DNA of 64,000 bases from assembly GCA_000004985.1 (NCBI GenBank), contig GG738926.1; one strand, given 5' to 3'. Below, in pieces: positions 41,177 to 53,300 of this stretch (positions within the stretch are counted from its first letter, which is position 1; each line of letters opens with the position of its first letter). Made by a program: the position numbers and the translations under genes. The notes under the pieces are model-generated. The model was not told the DNA's origin, made no database searches, and was given only the letters and a program-made list of their open reading frames with translations. This DNA comes from Naegleria gruberi. Lineage: Eukaryota.

Positions 41177-44011
41177 TTAGATGGATTGGGTGTGAGATTT
41201 ACCATGCTTTGACATTAATTGAGCAATTAAGGAGACTCTTTTTGGGATACTGTAACTCCAAAATTCTTTTATACCTTCCAATAGCCTCTCTCGTTCATAA
41301 TTATCTTGACAATAATCCCAAATGAAAACTAGATAGAATTTGAGTTTTGAGAACCTCTTATCGATGTTATCGACAAATGATTTCTTTAGAAGGTTCTTTG
41401 TGAGACCTTCTGAATTTTCCACTTGTTTGCATTCCATGAATAATTCTATTGATTCTTCACATAATGTTCCAAAGTATTCTAATGATTCATTAAATAATTT
41501 TATGCCATCTACGCAAATTGTGTGTTGGGCACTGATATTTTGCTTGTCATATTTGAAGAATTCTGAAAGTTCCTTTCCCCAGTTCTCGTTAATTCTCAAC
41601 AAATCGAAACAGAATCTCTTGTTGGAATTGGCATTATTGGTGTGAAAATTGATATTCACAATCTCAGTTAAACTTAAAATTTGAGGACTAATCATTTGGA
41701 ATAGTTTGAATGAAGTATTGTACTGATCAGTGACAACTAAACCTTCACATTGTAGAGGATGTAAGTGCCTTCTTAGCATGGTTCTCAAATTATCTTCTAA
41801 TTCTCTTACGTCCAATACGAAAGTTTCCTGTCTATTTCCAAATAGTTCATTGAATTTTTCGTTGAGCACATTTGGTGTTGGAATATTAATGTCCTTGGAA
41901 ATTGCAAAGATATTTTCTGACTTGATACTGTTACCTGAATTCATGAAGGAATAACTTCCGTGAAGAAAGAGTTTAGTCTGATCGTATTGTACAGGTTGAA
42001 ACTTTAAACTCTTCAATAATTTTTCTTGTTCACTTCTTGTTTGGTTGTGGCTTACAATGCACAACTCGAAAACATAACATTGATTCTCTTTGAAATCTAT
42101 TTTTCCATTTTGTTTTTCTAAAGTTTTCCAAAAAAGGTCAGTAATAAATTTTTGCTCCATCTCTTCCTCATCACCAATGCCTCCAATTGATTGAGAAGTT
42201 TCACTGAATAGAGAGTCAATTCTCTTGTAGACCCCCAAGTTCCAGTTCAAATCTTTGGTGAAACGTTGCTTTTTTTGAACATCTGGACTGAATACCATCC
42301 AATCCATCTTTCCTGTGCCTTCATTCATGTAAGAAAAGACTATTATGGCTATTCCATTCAATTTCTCCATAATTAATGTACCTTTAGAGAAATCCAAGTC
42401 TGTGCTTCCTACAATCAAATCGTTGTCAAGGCCGTCATCAATAAACAAATTGAACATTGGTCTGTGATTTAGTGCTACAATTTCATACTGGTCATTTTCC
42501 AATTTCTTCAAGACAATACTCTCAAAGTATTGGCAAACATTGATCTCATTATTCATGGCCTTTGATACTTGGGTTGGATCATTCTTGGCAATTAAATACT
42601 CTTCCGTTGTGGTATATTGTACCCAGATTGGTGAGTGCTGTTTGTCAGCAACACAAAATACAAGCTCTGTACTTCCGTTTTTGTAATGATGAAGAGAAAA
42701 TGAAAAATCTCTCTTGAGAGCTTCAATGCCTTTCTTCTCAATATATTTCAAAACTTGTGAGAAATCTCTGGTTGGAGTTTCAACTTGAGAGTACTTGTCA
42801 TAATTGGAATGAATGTGAACCTTCTTTTTGCTTCTGTTTCCTCTGATAGATTTTGAACTGCTTACATTTTTTCTAACCACCAATTTATCGCTTGAGTCAT
42901 TATTCTCAGAGTAGAGGTTAGAATTAATGTATGTAAAGTGGAAAAGATAGTGCATTTCTTCACTTATTCTATCCTTGTAGTGGACTTCCAATATTTCATA
43001 CGTCTTGCTTCTCAATAGGTTCTTTTCAAAATTGGTTTCAATCAAGAGCTTTAATCTTGAAAGCATATCCAAGTAAACCTTGTTTTCTGAAATTTCAATC
43101 TCACTGTTGACTATTTCTAATAATTTCTCTGTAGATTCGTCAGCCATCTCCTCAATTTTTTTTACAATGGTACTGAATGGTTTCAATATAAACTCCCACT
43201 CTTCATTAGCAAATGAAAAGTTAATCAAGAGTTTGTCTACCTTTGTTTTTCCTTCAATAATATCTATAATTTCAGAGTTTGATCTTTCGTGTAAATCAAG
43301 CATGTCTCTTGACAGGCCCAAAAATCTAGCTGCATGAAGGAGATTCTTTGCTCCTTTTCTAAAATCACCATCGTTATTCCACAATCTTTTAGATTTTGCT
43401 ACGTGGTGTGAAATATCAGTGAGTGTGGCACTCTTAAACTTGACCAAATTGAATCCACCAATACCATCCATCTCATCCTTATTGTCTGAATAGTTGTCGT
43501 GCAATCTCAATGGATAGTAGAATTTCCTTACCAAGTCCACCTCTTCTTTCCATACATATTCACCTCTGTCACTGAATGGCATTTTCAAATAACACAACAT
43601 AATCACCCAAATATATTGTTCCTTCAACAAGTTTAGAAAATAATCCATATGATATATATTCACATTGATATTCTCAATACTATCATCTTTACATTTCAAA
43701 TCTCCCTCTATCAACATTGATCCATCAAAATAATACTTTTCCGATTTAATAATCATGATAAAATCATAATCAGAGGTAGAATCCTGACAATCACACGTTC
43801 TATACAACTTTGATCCGAACAAGTACAAATTCAAAATATCTTCTCTCTGTATCGTGAATATTGTATTACGAGTAGTAATCATCACGGAATCCACCAACTT
43901 GCTCTGCAAAATACCATCATTCAGAGTTTGTACCTGTGCAGTCGCATAGGCTGGATTATGTTGATTCTCCAAAACAAAGTTCATCACATCCGTAAGATTA
44001 AATTTAGTCAT
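41177..44011 (-). CDS. large protein (944 aa) with N-terminal Pol-beta-superfamily nucleotidyltransferase motif, family unassigned
   Basis: LYLFGSKLYRTCDCQDSTSDYDFIMII matches hG[GS]x9-13[S]DhDhhh of minimal NTases/TUTases/OAS-cGAS. The downstream 800 aa have no recognisable motifs. Confidence 0.6.
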   Translation of the reverse strand: MTKFNLTDVMNFVLENQHNPAYATAQVQTLNDGILQSKLVDSVMITTRNTIFTIQREDILNLYLFGSKLYRTCDCQDSTSDYDFIMIIKSEKYYFDGSMLIEGDLKCKDDSIENINVNIYHMDYFLNLLKEQYIWVIMLCYLKMPFSDRGEYVWKEEVDLVRKFYYPLRLHDNYSDNKDEMDGIGGFNLVKFKSATLTDISHHVAKSKRLWNNDGDFRKGAKNLLHAARFLGLSRDMLDLHERSNSEIIDIIEGKTKVDKLLINFSFANEEWEFILKPFSTIVKKIEEMADESTEKLLEIVNSEIEISENKVYLDMLSRLKLLIETNFEKNLLRSKTYEILEVHYKDRISEEMHYLFHFTYINSNLYSENNDSSDKLVVRKNVSSSKSIRGNRSKKKVHIHSNYDKYSQVETPTRDFSQVLKYIEKKGIEALKRDFSFSLHHYKNGSTELVFCVADKQHSPIWVQYTTTEEYLIAKNDPTQVSKAMNNEINVCQYFESIVLKKLENDQYEIVALNHRPMFNLFIDDGLDNDLIVGSTDLDFSKGTLIMEKLNGIAIIVFSYMNEGTGKMDWMVFSPDVQKKQRFTKDLNWNLGVYKRIDSLFSETSQSIGGIGDEEEMEQKFITDLFWKTLEKQNGKIDFKENQCYVFELCIVSHNQTRSEQEKLLKSLKFQPVQYDQTKLFLHGSYSFMNSGNSIKSENIFAISKDINIPTPNVLNEKFNELFGNRQETFVLDVRELEDNLRTMLRRHLHPLQCEGLVVTDQYNTSFKLFQMISPQILSLTEIVNINFHTNNANSNKRFCFDLLRINENWGKELSEFFKYDKQNISAQHTICVDGIKLFNESLEYFGTLCEESIELFMECKQVENSEGLTKNLLKKSFVDNIDKRFSKLKFYLVFIWDYCQDNYERERLLEGIKEFWSYSIPKRVSLIAQLMSKHGKSHTQSI

Positions 44012-44188
44012 TTTTTTGTGTTTTGTGTTTTTGGGTTGTTTTCAGAGTTGCACCATCATCACAATCCGCGTGCGTGTTTGTGGGAGTGTATGTCTCACGT
44101 TTTTGCATTTTTTTTAATATTAAATATCTTAATGGGTTTACAATGAAAATTAAATAGTATTGGTGATTTCAAATAAACTTGATAAAAA

Positions 44189-45904
44189 ATGACTCAACAT
44201 GATACGGTAAAAGTTTTGCTGATTGATTTTTTAGATCAGCGAATAGAAACTCAACAATTTCTCCGATGCAAATTCCAACAGCAACAATTAGGAAGAATGA
44301 AATATTTGAAAAGAAGAGAGGAAAATTTGAGGAATTGTAAAGATTGGTTTCCCATTGAATTTGCAAAAGATAAATATTTTGTCATCAACCAAAAGTCCAT
44401 TGCAAGGGCAAAGATCTTTCGTCTACTTTCGGATGAATTAAAGAATGATAACGATGTTATTATTAGCTGCTACTCATATTTCGTTCATTTCAGTGATTAT
44501 TACAATGTTTTGATGAATTTATTGAAATCTAAAGAATTAGCTGAAGAATTTTTGAAACGAAACAAAGTTAGCAATTTTAATTTTGATCCACAAACGTGGA
44601 AAAATACAGAACTTTGTAAAATGTATTTAAGAAATTTGAAATATCCCAGGTCGAATGTTAGGCAATTTGATGATGAATTTATAGTGGAAGCTTCATGGTT
44701 CAATGTTTCTTATTTTAGACATGGATCAGTAGAATTGAGACGAAATAGAGAGGTGGTGCTGAAACTTTGTAAACATAACGGAATGGTGATTCAATATGTT
44801 AATGCAAAATTGAGATTTGATAGAGAAATAATATTGGAAACTCTGAAAAATTGTCCTTCAGCCATTGAGTTTATTCCAAATGAATTGAAATTCGAAAGAG
44901 ATTTAATTAATCAAGTATTTATTCATCACTATAGTGATGAGATCAACCTTGAGGATTTATCAGATGATATTGTATGGTTACGGACCTATTTGAAACTCTT
45001 TGGAATTAATAATATTCCAAGAACATGGTCAAGGAAATATTCGAATAACAAAGAGCTCATGATGGAATATATCAAAGAGAATGGAGATTATTTGAAATTC
45101 GTCTCTATGGAACTGAAAAATGATAAGGAATTAGTTTTGCAAGCTGTGAAAAATTCAGGCCTTGCCATTTACTATGCCTCTGAAGAATTGAAGCGAGATA
45201 GGGAAATAGTTTTGGAGGCAGTTAAGCAGGATGGTACTGCTTACAATTATGTGGCTCCTCATTTCTCTTCTGATAAGGAAATTATCTCATTGGCTCTTTG
45301 CAGAGATTCGAATTTTTTCAATCTTGCATCTGAAAGTTTGAAAAATGATTATGAATTTGTGATGGATATAGTATCAACAAGAGGAATGATATTGAAATTT
45401 CTACCAGAAACACTAATGAATAACAGGACAATTAATTTGGCAGCTATTTTAAATAATGGAAGAGTTATTGAATTTTCTCCTTTCAAACATGATCCAGAAA
45501 TATTGAATCAGGTGGTTAAAGTAGTTCCTTATTATTACTTGAGATTTGTAGATTTATCAATGTTTTCGGATGAAACCTTGATTGAGGCAGTAAGATTTTC
45601 TGAAGATCCTTTTTTAATCACCAAAAGAGCTAACTATTTGGATTTGCTACAACGATCTATTGAATACAATGTGCGTTTGGCATCTTCATTTCCATATGAA
45701 CATTTGACTGAACAACTGGTGTTGAAATTCATTAGAATGGATGGTTCTGTAATCGAATATCATAATATTAAGCGATTCATTCATTCAGACAAATCAAAAT
45801 ATTTCATCGAAGCTGTCAAATCAAATGGATTCTTCACTGAATTCGATCAGGAATTGTATCGACTGAGATTGAGTGAAGAATATCACGGAGCTATCATGCA
45901 CTAA
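44189..45904 (+). CDS. DUF4116-like repeat protein (571 aa)
   Basis: Tandem units of about 38 aa of the form ELKNDKELVLQAVKNSGLAIYYASEELKRDREIVLEAVKQDGTAYNYVAPHF. Confidence 0.55.
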   Translation: MTQHDTVKVLLIDFLDQRIETQQFLRCKFQQQQLGRMKYLKRREENLRNCKDWFPIEFAKDKYFVINQKSIARAKIFRLLSDELKNDNDVIISCYSYFVHFSDYYNVLMNLLKSKELAEEFLKRNKVSNFNFDPQTWKNTELCKMYLRNLKYPRSNVRQFDDEFIVEASWFNVSYFRHGSVELRRNREVVLKLCKHNGMVIQYVNAKLRFDREIILETLKNCPSAIEFIPNELKFERDLINQVFIHHYSDEINLEDLSDDIVWLRTYLKLFGINNIPRTWSRKYSNNKELMMEYIKENGDYLKFVSMELKNDKELVLQAVKNSGLAIYYASEELKRDREIVLEAVKQDGTAYNYVAPHFSSDKEIISLALCRDSNFFNLASESLKNDYEFVMDIVSTRGMILKFLPETLMNNRTINLAAILNNGRVIEFSPFKHDPEILNQVVKVVPYYYLRFVDLSMFSDETLIEAVRFSEDPFLITKRANYLDLLQRSIEYNVRLASSFPYEHLTEQLVLKFIRMDGSVIEYHNIKRFIHSDKSKYFIEAVKSNGFFTEFDQELYRLRLSEEYHGAIMH

Positions 45905-46211
45905 TAAGACTAGATTAGTATTTACAGAAAGATTAATATTTTTGTAAAGAAATAGACATTTGTGGGGATGCTGAAATAAACGATATATTATCTCTAGATA
46001 TTATAATATTTCAACGAACACTGCCAATACTTCACTCTCCCATCATAAGACAATTCACCATTTTGAATTATTTATGAAGGTTACATTTTTTAACAACAGG
46101 TTCCTTGGAAACTTTACAAAAACTATAAATAGAACTTTTTGCGTTTATTTCATTCAATTCATGTTCAAAAAAAAATTCACAATTAATTAATTAGAAAATT
46201 GCACAGTAAAG

Positions 46212-47768
46212 ATGCTTCTATCAAATGTTGCTGAGTTGGCCAATTCTGTTGGCTCGGATTCGTCCGTTGGTTTATTCGGATATCCAATAATGATTGTTTC
46301 ACTTATTGGAATGTTGGGTTCTTTCTTCTTGTGGTATGCAAGAATGATTTTTGGCAATTTATTGTTTAGATGGATGTTTTATCAATTGAATTTGTCTGAT
46401 ACTTGCATTGAATATGCTTGGTTTAGTTTGTGGTTCTCACACCATCCTTATACCAAAAATGGAAGTACTCATGTTAAACCATTCCAAAAAACAACCAAAC
46501 TTAGAGTTAATAGAACAAATGAACCAAAGGAAGAAGACTCAATTGCCACTTCAAATATTTCAGAAATGATTTCCAATTTGAAAGTCAACTTTGTTCCGAG
46601 TTATGGAATTCACATCTTGTACAGAAATTCTGAACCACTCATAGTTTCCATTTCCATTAATACCAATCAAAATAATAATGCCTACAACACAGAGGAGAAA
46701 ACTCGTGAAGATATTGTCATTTGGAAACCAAGACATTTCCTCACTGATTACCTTATCAAATTTTTATTTCCATGTCAAGATGGAGTGAACAATTGTAATT
46801 CAGTAATTGATATGTTGGAAAAGGCAGGAGTTGCCAAAGAGTTCCTCTCCTTTAATCCAACCTATCCTCAATCTATTGAGAATGCCTACTCTGTATTTCG
46901 TGAATTATTGTGTGACTGTTTCTATGTCCATACTCTCATGACCAGAGAAAAGACCACAATTTACACACCTTATTTCTCCCAATGGGTTTTGGCATCTTTC
47001 AAGGAGAAACGTGCTCAACATACTGTCATTCTCGATGAAGGAGTTTGGGAAGATTTACACAATGACGTTTCCAAATTCTTAAAATCAAAGCAATGGTACA
47101 AAGATAGAGGAATTCCATACAGAAGAGGATATTTACTTTATGGAGAACCTGGATGTGGTAAGACAACGACCATCTCATCAATTGCTGCCTGTTTGAATAT
47201 GAATATTTGTGTATTTACCTTAGATTCTCAAACCAATGACACTTCATTGAATTCCTTATTTTCAACAGTTCCTCCAAATTCAATTCTTGTCTTTGAAGAT
47301 ATTGATTCAATCTTTCCAAAGGAAGAAGATGAGAAAAAGTCAGATTCTGCCACAGATGAAGTTTCACACGGTAGATCAGTTGTCAAGACCAATACCAAAA
47401 GTACATTTTCCACAATTTTGAATTGTTTGGATGGTATTTCATCTCAAGAATCGAGAATTGTCTTTATGACCACCAATTTTAAGGAGAAACTTCCACCTGC
47501 ATTGATTAGAAATGGAAGAATTGATAGAAAGATTTATTTGGGACTTGCCACAAAGCATCAATTCTACAAAATGACTCAAAACTTTTATCCTGAGGAATAT
47601 GTTAAGGAGAAAGTTGACGAAATGTGGGAAAATATGAAAGAATATAGTTTCGGAATGGCCAATTTGCAAGGTTTCTTTTTGAGAAATGAAACTTTGGATG
47701 CAGCTGTCAAATCTTCCAAGAATTTTGAAATGTACATGAAGGAGGAAGAAACTCAAACTCAATTGTAA
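46212..47768 (+). CDS. BCS1-like mitochondrial AAA+ ATPase
   Basis: N-terminal TM plus BCS1_N-like region, Walker A GEPGCGKTT, Walker B ILVFEDID, NGRIDRKIYLG. 518 aa. Confidence 0.85.
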   Translation: MLLSNVAELANSVGSDSSVGLFGYPIMIVSLIGMLGSFFLWYARMIFGNLLFRWMFYQLNLSDTCIEYAWFSLWFSHHPYTKNGSTHVKPFQKTTKLRVNRTNEPKEEDSIATSNISEMISNLKVNFVPSYGIHILYRNSEPLIVSISINTNQNNNAYNTEEKTREDIVIWKPRHFLTDYLIKFLFPCQDGVNNCNSVIDMLEKAGVAKEFLSFNPTYPQSIENAYSVFRELLCDCFYVHTLMTREKTTIYTPYFSQWVLASFKEKRAQHTVILDEGVWEDLHNDVSKFLKSKQWYKDRGIPYRRGYLLYGEPGCGKTTTISSIAACLNMNICVFTLDSQTNDTSLNSLFSTVPPNSILVFEDIDSIFPKEEDEKKSDSATDEVSHGRSVVKTNTKSTFSTILNCLDGISSQESRIVFMTTNFKEKLPPALIRNGRIDRKIYLGLATKHQFYKMTQNFYPEEYVKEKVDEMWENMKEYSFGMANLQGFFLRNETLDAAVKSSKNFEMYMKEEETQTQL

Positions 47769-48170
47769 ATATAATTTGACAACATTTGTAAATAAATAAT
47801 TAGGGAACTCAATTAACAAAAAATTTGATCTTTTCAAAGAGAGCTTATAAACAATTAAGCAAATATACAGGAGAGAATACAGAAAATCAGAGATAAGACT
47901 TTCTAGACCACCATTACACTTATTAGGATGAATACATCCAAACTGGGTACTCCTGTTGCCATTTCTCAATTTTCTCCAACATCAGCTCGAGCAAGCTCAG
48001 TAGTGCGACCAGTTTTGGTGCACCTTATTGCTATTTCGCCACAATTACGAATCAGCAAAAAAAGAGCTACTCTCAAACACACAACATTCACCCAACACAA
48101 AATTGTTTTATTGATGAATCATCTAGTTAAACTATTAAGCAGAATAATCACACCTTAGTAAATATTAAGT

Positions 48171-50167
48171 ATGTCCGTTAAGAAGATAGTGCCTGTGAAT
48201 TCGGGCCAACAACAACATGTCGATACATCTTCATCATTTGCCGTTACGAGTCATAAAGTTCTCAGTCGTTTATCAAATATTAAGGCCTCCGAAGAACCTC
48301 TCACATCGGATGGTGGCAATAATTTTCACACAGGACGAGGATTCTGCGTAGACTCACTCTGTTCACTCAAGACAATGCTCATCTCATTTCTGGTGATCTC
48401 TCTCTTTATAACATGCCTCATCATTTGGATCATTTTAATGATTTTGTCTTCACAACAAGTTGAAATTTCAATGGGAATTGCCTCAATAGTCGTGTGGTGC
48501 ACATTCGTCGTATCTTTGATAGTATTTTCCATTCTGACATCTCTGGGAGTGTCCACTCTGATAAGGAAACCCATCACGGAATTAACTCGACAACTCTTTC
48601 GCATGAAAACATTAAGGTTTGACTCTGTGAAAAAGCTCAAATCCATTTTGTATGAATTCATTCCACTATTCACTGTGTTTTTCGATTTGAATAATTTAAT
48701 GAAGGATATTAGACCTTTCATTCCCGAATCCATCACTCGGCAGTCGGATGATGATGAAGCTGAACTTGAGGAACAACAAAGGGAAGAAGAACGAAAACAA
48801 TTACACATGATGCAATTGAGAAAATCCATCTTTTCTGCATCATCTGCTGGAATACCAACTCCTTCCATTGCTAATTCATCAGCAGCAAACAATGGTGGAG
48901 GTGGAGGATTGGCCATTCCACCCTCCATTCAACCTCCTCCAGCTGTGGCCACAATGACCATCAATGGACTTCCTCCTCCAAATCCAAATGTATCCGGCAC
49001 AGGATCTTCATCACCATCAATCCAATGCTTACAGTTTCCTCTGTGAACAAATTAAGAAAGGCAGTGAGTAAGGTAGGAGTTGTGGTTGCACTCTCAAAGT
49101 CAAGAAAATCCTTTGCTTTGGAAGGGACACATGCTGTAAATCATCATGATTCTGTTAGTGATCATGGTAGTGTAAATAATTCAGTAGGTGCAGCAGCTGT
49201 TAAGGACGCTAATGCAGAGAGAACAGTTGGATTTTCACCTCAGCTGTCGAACAATTTAGGCCTAGGACTAACCTCACACATTACAACAATAATTATCATT
49301 CAATTTAGAAATTTTGATGGTAAATCGTATCCGAATACTGCTGATTTGCTTGCTGTATTTACATTACTCTTCCAAAAGGTTCAAAGTGCCAGCAGACAAT
49401 ATAAAGGAAGATGTTCGATTATTACACCAAAAGTTCTAATGGTTAGTTTTGATGTTGGAATGAATGTTGAAAGAAATGCTCTACTCTGTGCACTGCAGTT
49501 GGATAAACAAATGCAATCAGTCAATTCACAACTTGAAGAACAAGTCAACTTGCCAAAAATTGAGTATGGCATTGGAGTTTCTCGATCAGAATGTCTCGTA
49601 GGTAATGTTGGTACTTCAGCAGTGAGATTTGCAGCATTAATTGGTGCATGCTCGAGTAATGCATTGAGATTGGCTGCATTGTGTGCCTATTTTGGAACCT
49701 CAATTTTAACAGATGAATCCTTGGCATTGCCATTACAAACAGGATTCATCACAAGAGCTGTGCATTTCATGCAGAAGAAATCAATATTTGATAGTGAGAA
49801 ATTGAGTTTGGATGATGGAGGCGATGATCGTCAAGTGATTTATCAATTACTTGCTGAGAATCGTGTAAATGATGACGAATGGCTCTATGAATTGGAACAA
49901 CAGGAAAATAACAACAAATATAGAGAATTCGATCAGGCATTTGGGTTGTTGAGAGGAGATGTAAATATTGAACTGCTAGGTGAGATTTGTGAAGTGTTTG
50001 GAACCTATTCCACAAAGAATCCTCAAGATAAGGTTGTTTCCTTACTGTATACTCAATTGTCTGATTATTTAAAGCTAGATACGAAAGAAGTGGAAAGTGC
50101 TGTGAGGTCGTTTAGCTTGGAAAAGACTGATATTCCACTCCATACAGATCCATCATTTATTCTGTAA
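48171..50167 (+). CDS. membrane-anchored class III nucleotidyl-cyclase-homology protein, encoded by two overlapping ORFs (48171..49046 and 49025..50167), joined by an undetermined intron or frameshift
   Basis: ORF1 has 2 TM helices, an acidic coiled segment and a Pro/Gly linker. ORF2 has a cyclase-homology core: KIEYGIGVSRSECLVGNVGTSAVRFAALIGACSSNALRLAALCAYFGTSIL (compare RIGIHSG.V.AGVVG....RY.LFGD.VN.ASRMES) with the catalytic Asn and Arg retained. The metal-binding Asp positions look substituted (FRNFDGKS). Confidence 0.55.
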
Positions 50168-50392
50168 ACATGTTTGTCAGGATGAATGGAAGAGATGGAC
50201 AGAGAGGATTTAAGATATTTAACGAAATTTGTGGATTCGCTTATGGCTGACATTAAATCCTGCATATTTGAAAGATTACAATGGATCAATAGAGAATTGG
50301 AAAATAATGAGGAATCTGATATTATAAGGTCTTTTTTTAATAGTGATAGCTGAACTGTCAATCAGTCGACTTACATAATAATAAATTACAGT

Positions 50393-53300
50393 TTATTTGT
50401 TTTGTTGGTCATTGAGTTTAAATCCTAATTCCTGAGCGAGGGCTCCTGCATTGGTTCTCAAACTTCTTCGCTTCTTGTAAGCACTTCCATCTCTCAGTGA
50501 ATTCTCCAAACCTTCCAATACACCCTTTTCATTTGGCTTGAGACCAATACTGTTGGCATTGAGTTGCACAGATTTCTTTCTCATAGCTTCCTCTTCCTTC
50601 TTCTTTCTCTCTTGAATATATTTACGAGCTGACTTGAACATTTCAAAGAATTCGTCAAGTTTAGTGAAGAAATCTTCTGGCTTGTTGGTAACCATGGTCT
50701 TGTCTTCATCGAACAAGATGGCAATTTCTTCCAATCCTTCCAATGTCTTTTTCAATTTCTCTTCAAGCATGGCCAAATCAGTCTTGGTTTGTTCGTAGAA
50801 TGGTTTCATCTTTTCAATGAATTGATCTTGTTTGTTGATTTGATCAGCTTCATGTCTTTCCTTTTCCAAAGCTTCTAAAACATTTCCAAGAGCATTGGAT
50901 GAAGATCTGATATTTTGTAAACTTTCCTTAATTTGAGAAATTGAGGCCTTCTTGGCAGATGGAACATTTGGCAAATCATCGTAGAACATAGACAAATCCT
51001 TTTGGTTATTGTCAATGTATTCGACAAGGTAGTGCAACAAGGAGAAGCCATCACTGGACTTGGATTTGGTATCCTTCATCTTGTGAAGAGATGAAAGATG
51101 GAAACCATATTGATCCTTTTGTCTACCCTTTGCATTCAAATAGTTGGCAATTGACAAGACAACAGCAAGGAACTTGACAAACTTTTTAGATTCCTTGAGT
51201 TCAATAGTTGCCAATCTCAAACATTCAATATCTGGTTTCAAAGTGGACAAATCATCTTCATATCTCAACTTGAAGGTCCAAGCGTCCATTCTTTCCTTAA
51301 CTTTGGAAACATCCTTAACCTTGTAGAAGAAACAATCTGGATCTGACAATTGGGAAATGGAGCCTTCAAATGAAGCATAGGCATCACATTCTTCCTTTGT
51401 TGGAACAATGCTCTTCAGAATATTGATTTGATTCTTGTTGAGAACCTTTTCATCGAGTGCAATAATTCCTTGTTTGATAGTATCAACTGGCAAACGCATA
51501 GAAGCCAATTGAATACCAATATTGTAAGATCTCTTAGCATCGATGAATGATATTTTTTCATTGCTTTGCTTGTCACTTTGTTGAGATGGCTTATTGTGTT
51601 GATCCTTTTCGATGGTGAACAATTCTTCAATACGCTTTTCATCCAATTGAATTTGTTTGAGTCTTTCAATAACTCCCTTCTTGATAAAGATGGTATCCTT
51701 AACAACTCTCTTATTGATTGGATCAATATGAACATTTCTCAAATTGGCACTAGGATTGTAAGTTGGAAGTGCTGGAAGTGCTGGTTGAGCAACACCACCA
51801 AGCATACCAGGTGGAGGAGGCATCATTCCAGAACCAGGTGGAGGTGGGACGCCAACACCAGGAGGCATTGGAATACCTGTGCCTGGAGGAGGTGGAACAC
51901 CAACACCAGGAGGTGGAGGAGGAACCATTGTTCCTGGTGGAGGAGGAACTGATCCAGTTCCAATTGGTGGAGGAGGAACCATTACAGAAGGCACAACAAT
52001 AGCTTGTTCAACTGGTTGTTCAATAGTTGTTTCGACTGGTTTACCTGGAATGGTTGGAAGTGGCTTTCCTGTTGGAACAGGAAGTGATGGTGAGGAGGAT
52101 GATCCAGAAACAGTTTTAGTTGTTACTGATGTTACAATATCTTTCAACAATTCAAAATCATTTACATCAATAGAACCACCTTCATTGAGGGCTTTTGCGA
52201 GTTTTTCCTTTTCTGCCTTCAATTTTTGTTCCATATTTGTGAATTGAGTTTGTTGAGTTTTGACTTGTTGCTTTAAACGTTCAGTTTCTTCTCCCCAATT
52301 TCTGAGACGACCTTTCTGATCGACAGAATCAACAATTTGTTGAACTAATCCAGCCAAAACATGCCAATTTTCTTCTTGAATTGTATTATCAACACAAATA
52401 GAAGCACGTGAAACAATGGATGTACGGGTATCTTCATAGGATTGAGCAATTGAAAGGAATGAATTCAACATTTTTGTAAAGTACTTTTGAGAAATTTCAG
52501 ATAATTGTCCTAAAATAATTTCTGTCAATTCTGATGGATTTGAATCTACAATGGTCTTGAATTGTTCGAATCTATTCACATTTTCTTGATTAATTTCATC
52601 TTTGAAAGTGTTAATTTGAATTTGCAAATCAGGATCCGCAGAATCGATAGTATCCAAAACTCTTTCCAAATCCAAATTGATAAATTCTTGTTGAATCCTT
52701 GATCTCATCTTTGGATCGTCAGGAGTTGTCATTAAAGTGTTAATGAACATTAAAGCATTGACACGAAATTCAGTGCAAGCTCTTCCATGTCCTCCACCAG
52801 TGTACATAATTCCAGTGGCTGTAGTTCCACTTGCATAACTATTTTCACTCAAAATCCATTCAGCCAAATTTTGGAATCTCTTCTTTTCTCTCTTGACGAG
52901 TTTGTAATGATTCATAGCATCGAGAATGAGTTCAAATGCATCTTGTCCACTGTGATGACACAAGAGAGCAAGTAATAACAAGATGGTTGATCTGTTTTTA
53001 AGTGAAGATCCATCTAATACAAGTACCATAGTTCTGTTTTTAACAAATTTGTATGATAATTAAGTTTCATTTCAATTAAATGTAAAATTATATGAAAATT
53101 ATAAAACTTTCCATTAATATTTTCAGAAACTTACCTAATTGAATCTCTTTGACTCAAAAATGATTTAATACCAGCATCCACATTGAGCAAACTTGTAAAA
53201 CTCATTAAAATACTTGTACGTAATTGTTCAACATTATTCAAACTAGTTTGATGAACACCATTTCCACCATTATCAGTCGATGTAGAATAATTTCCAAACA

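Noticed and set aside
47439-48158. ORFs 47439..47969 (-) and 47928..48158 (+) between the BCS1 and cyclase genes
   Set aside because: The first is antisense to the BCS1 3' end. The second is in frame with the cyclase ORF but separated by a stop, with no donor site, and its composition is not protein-like. Probably 5' UTR.
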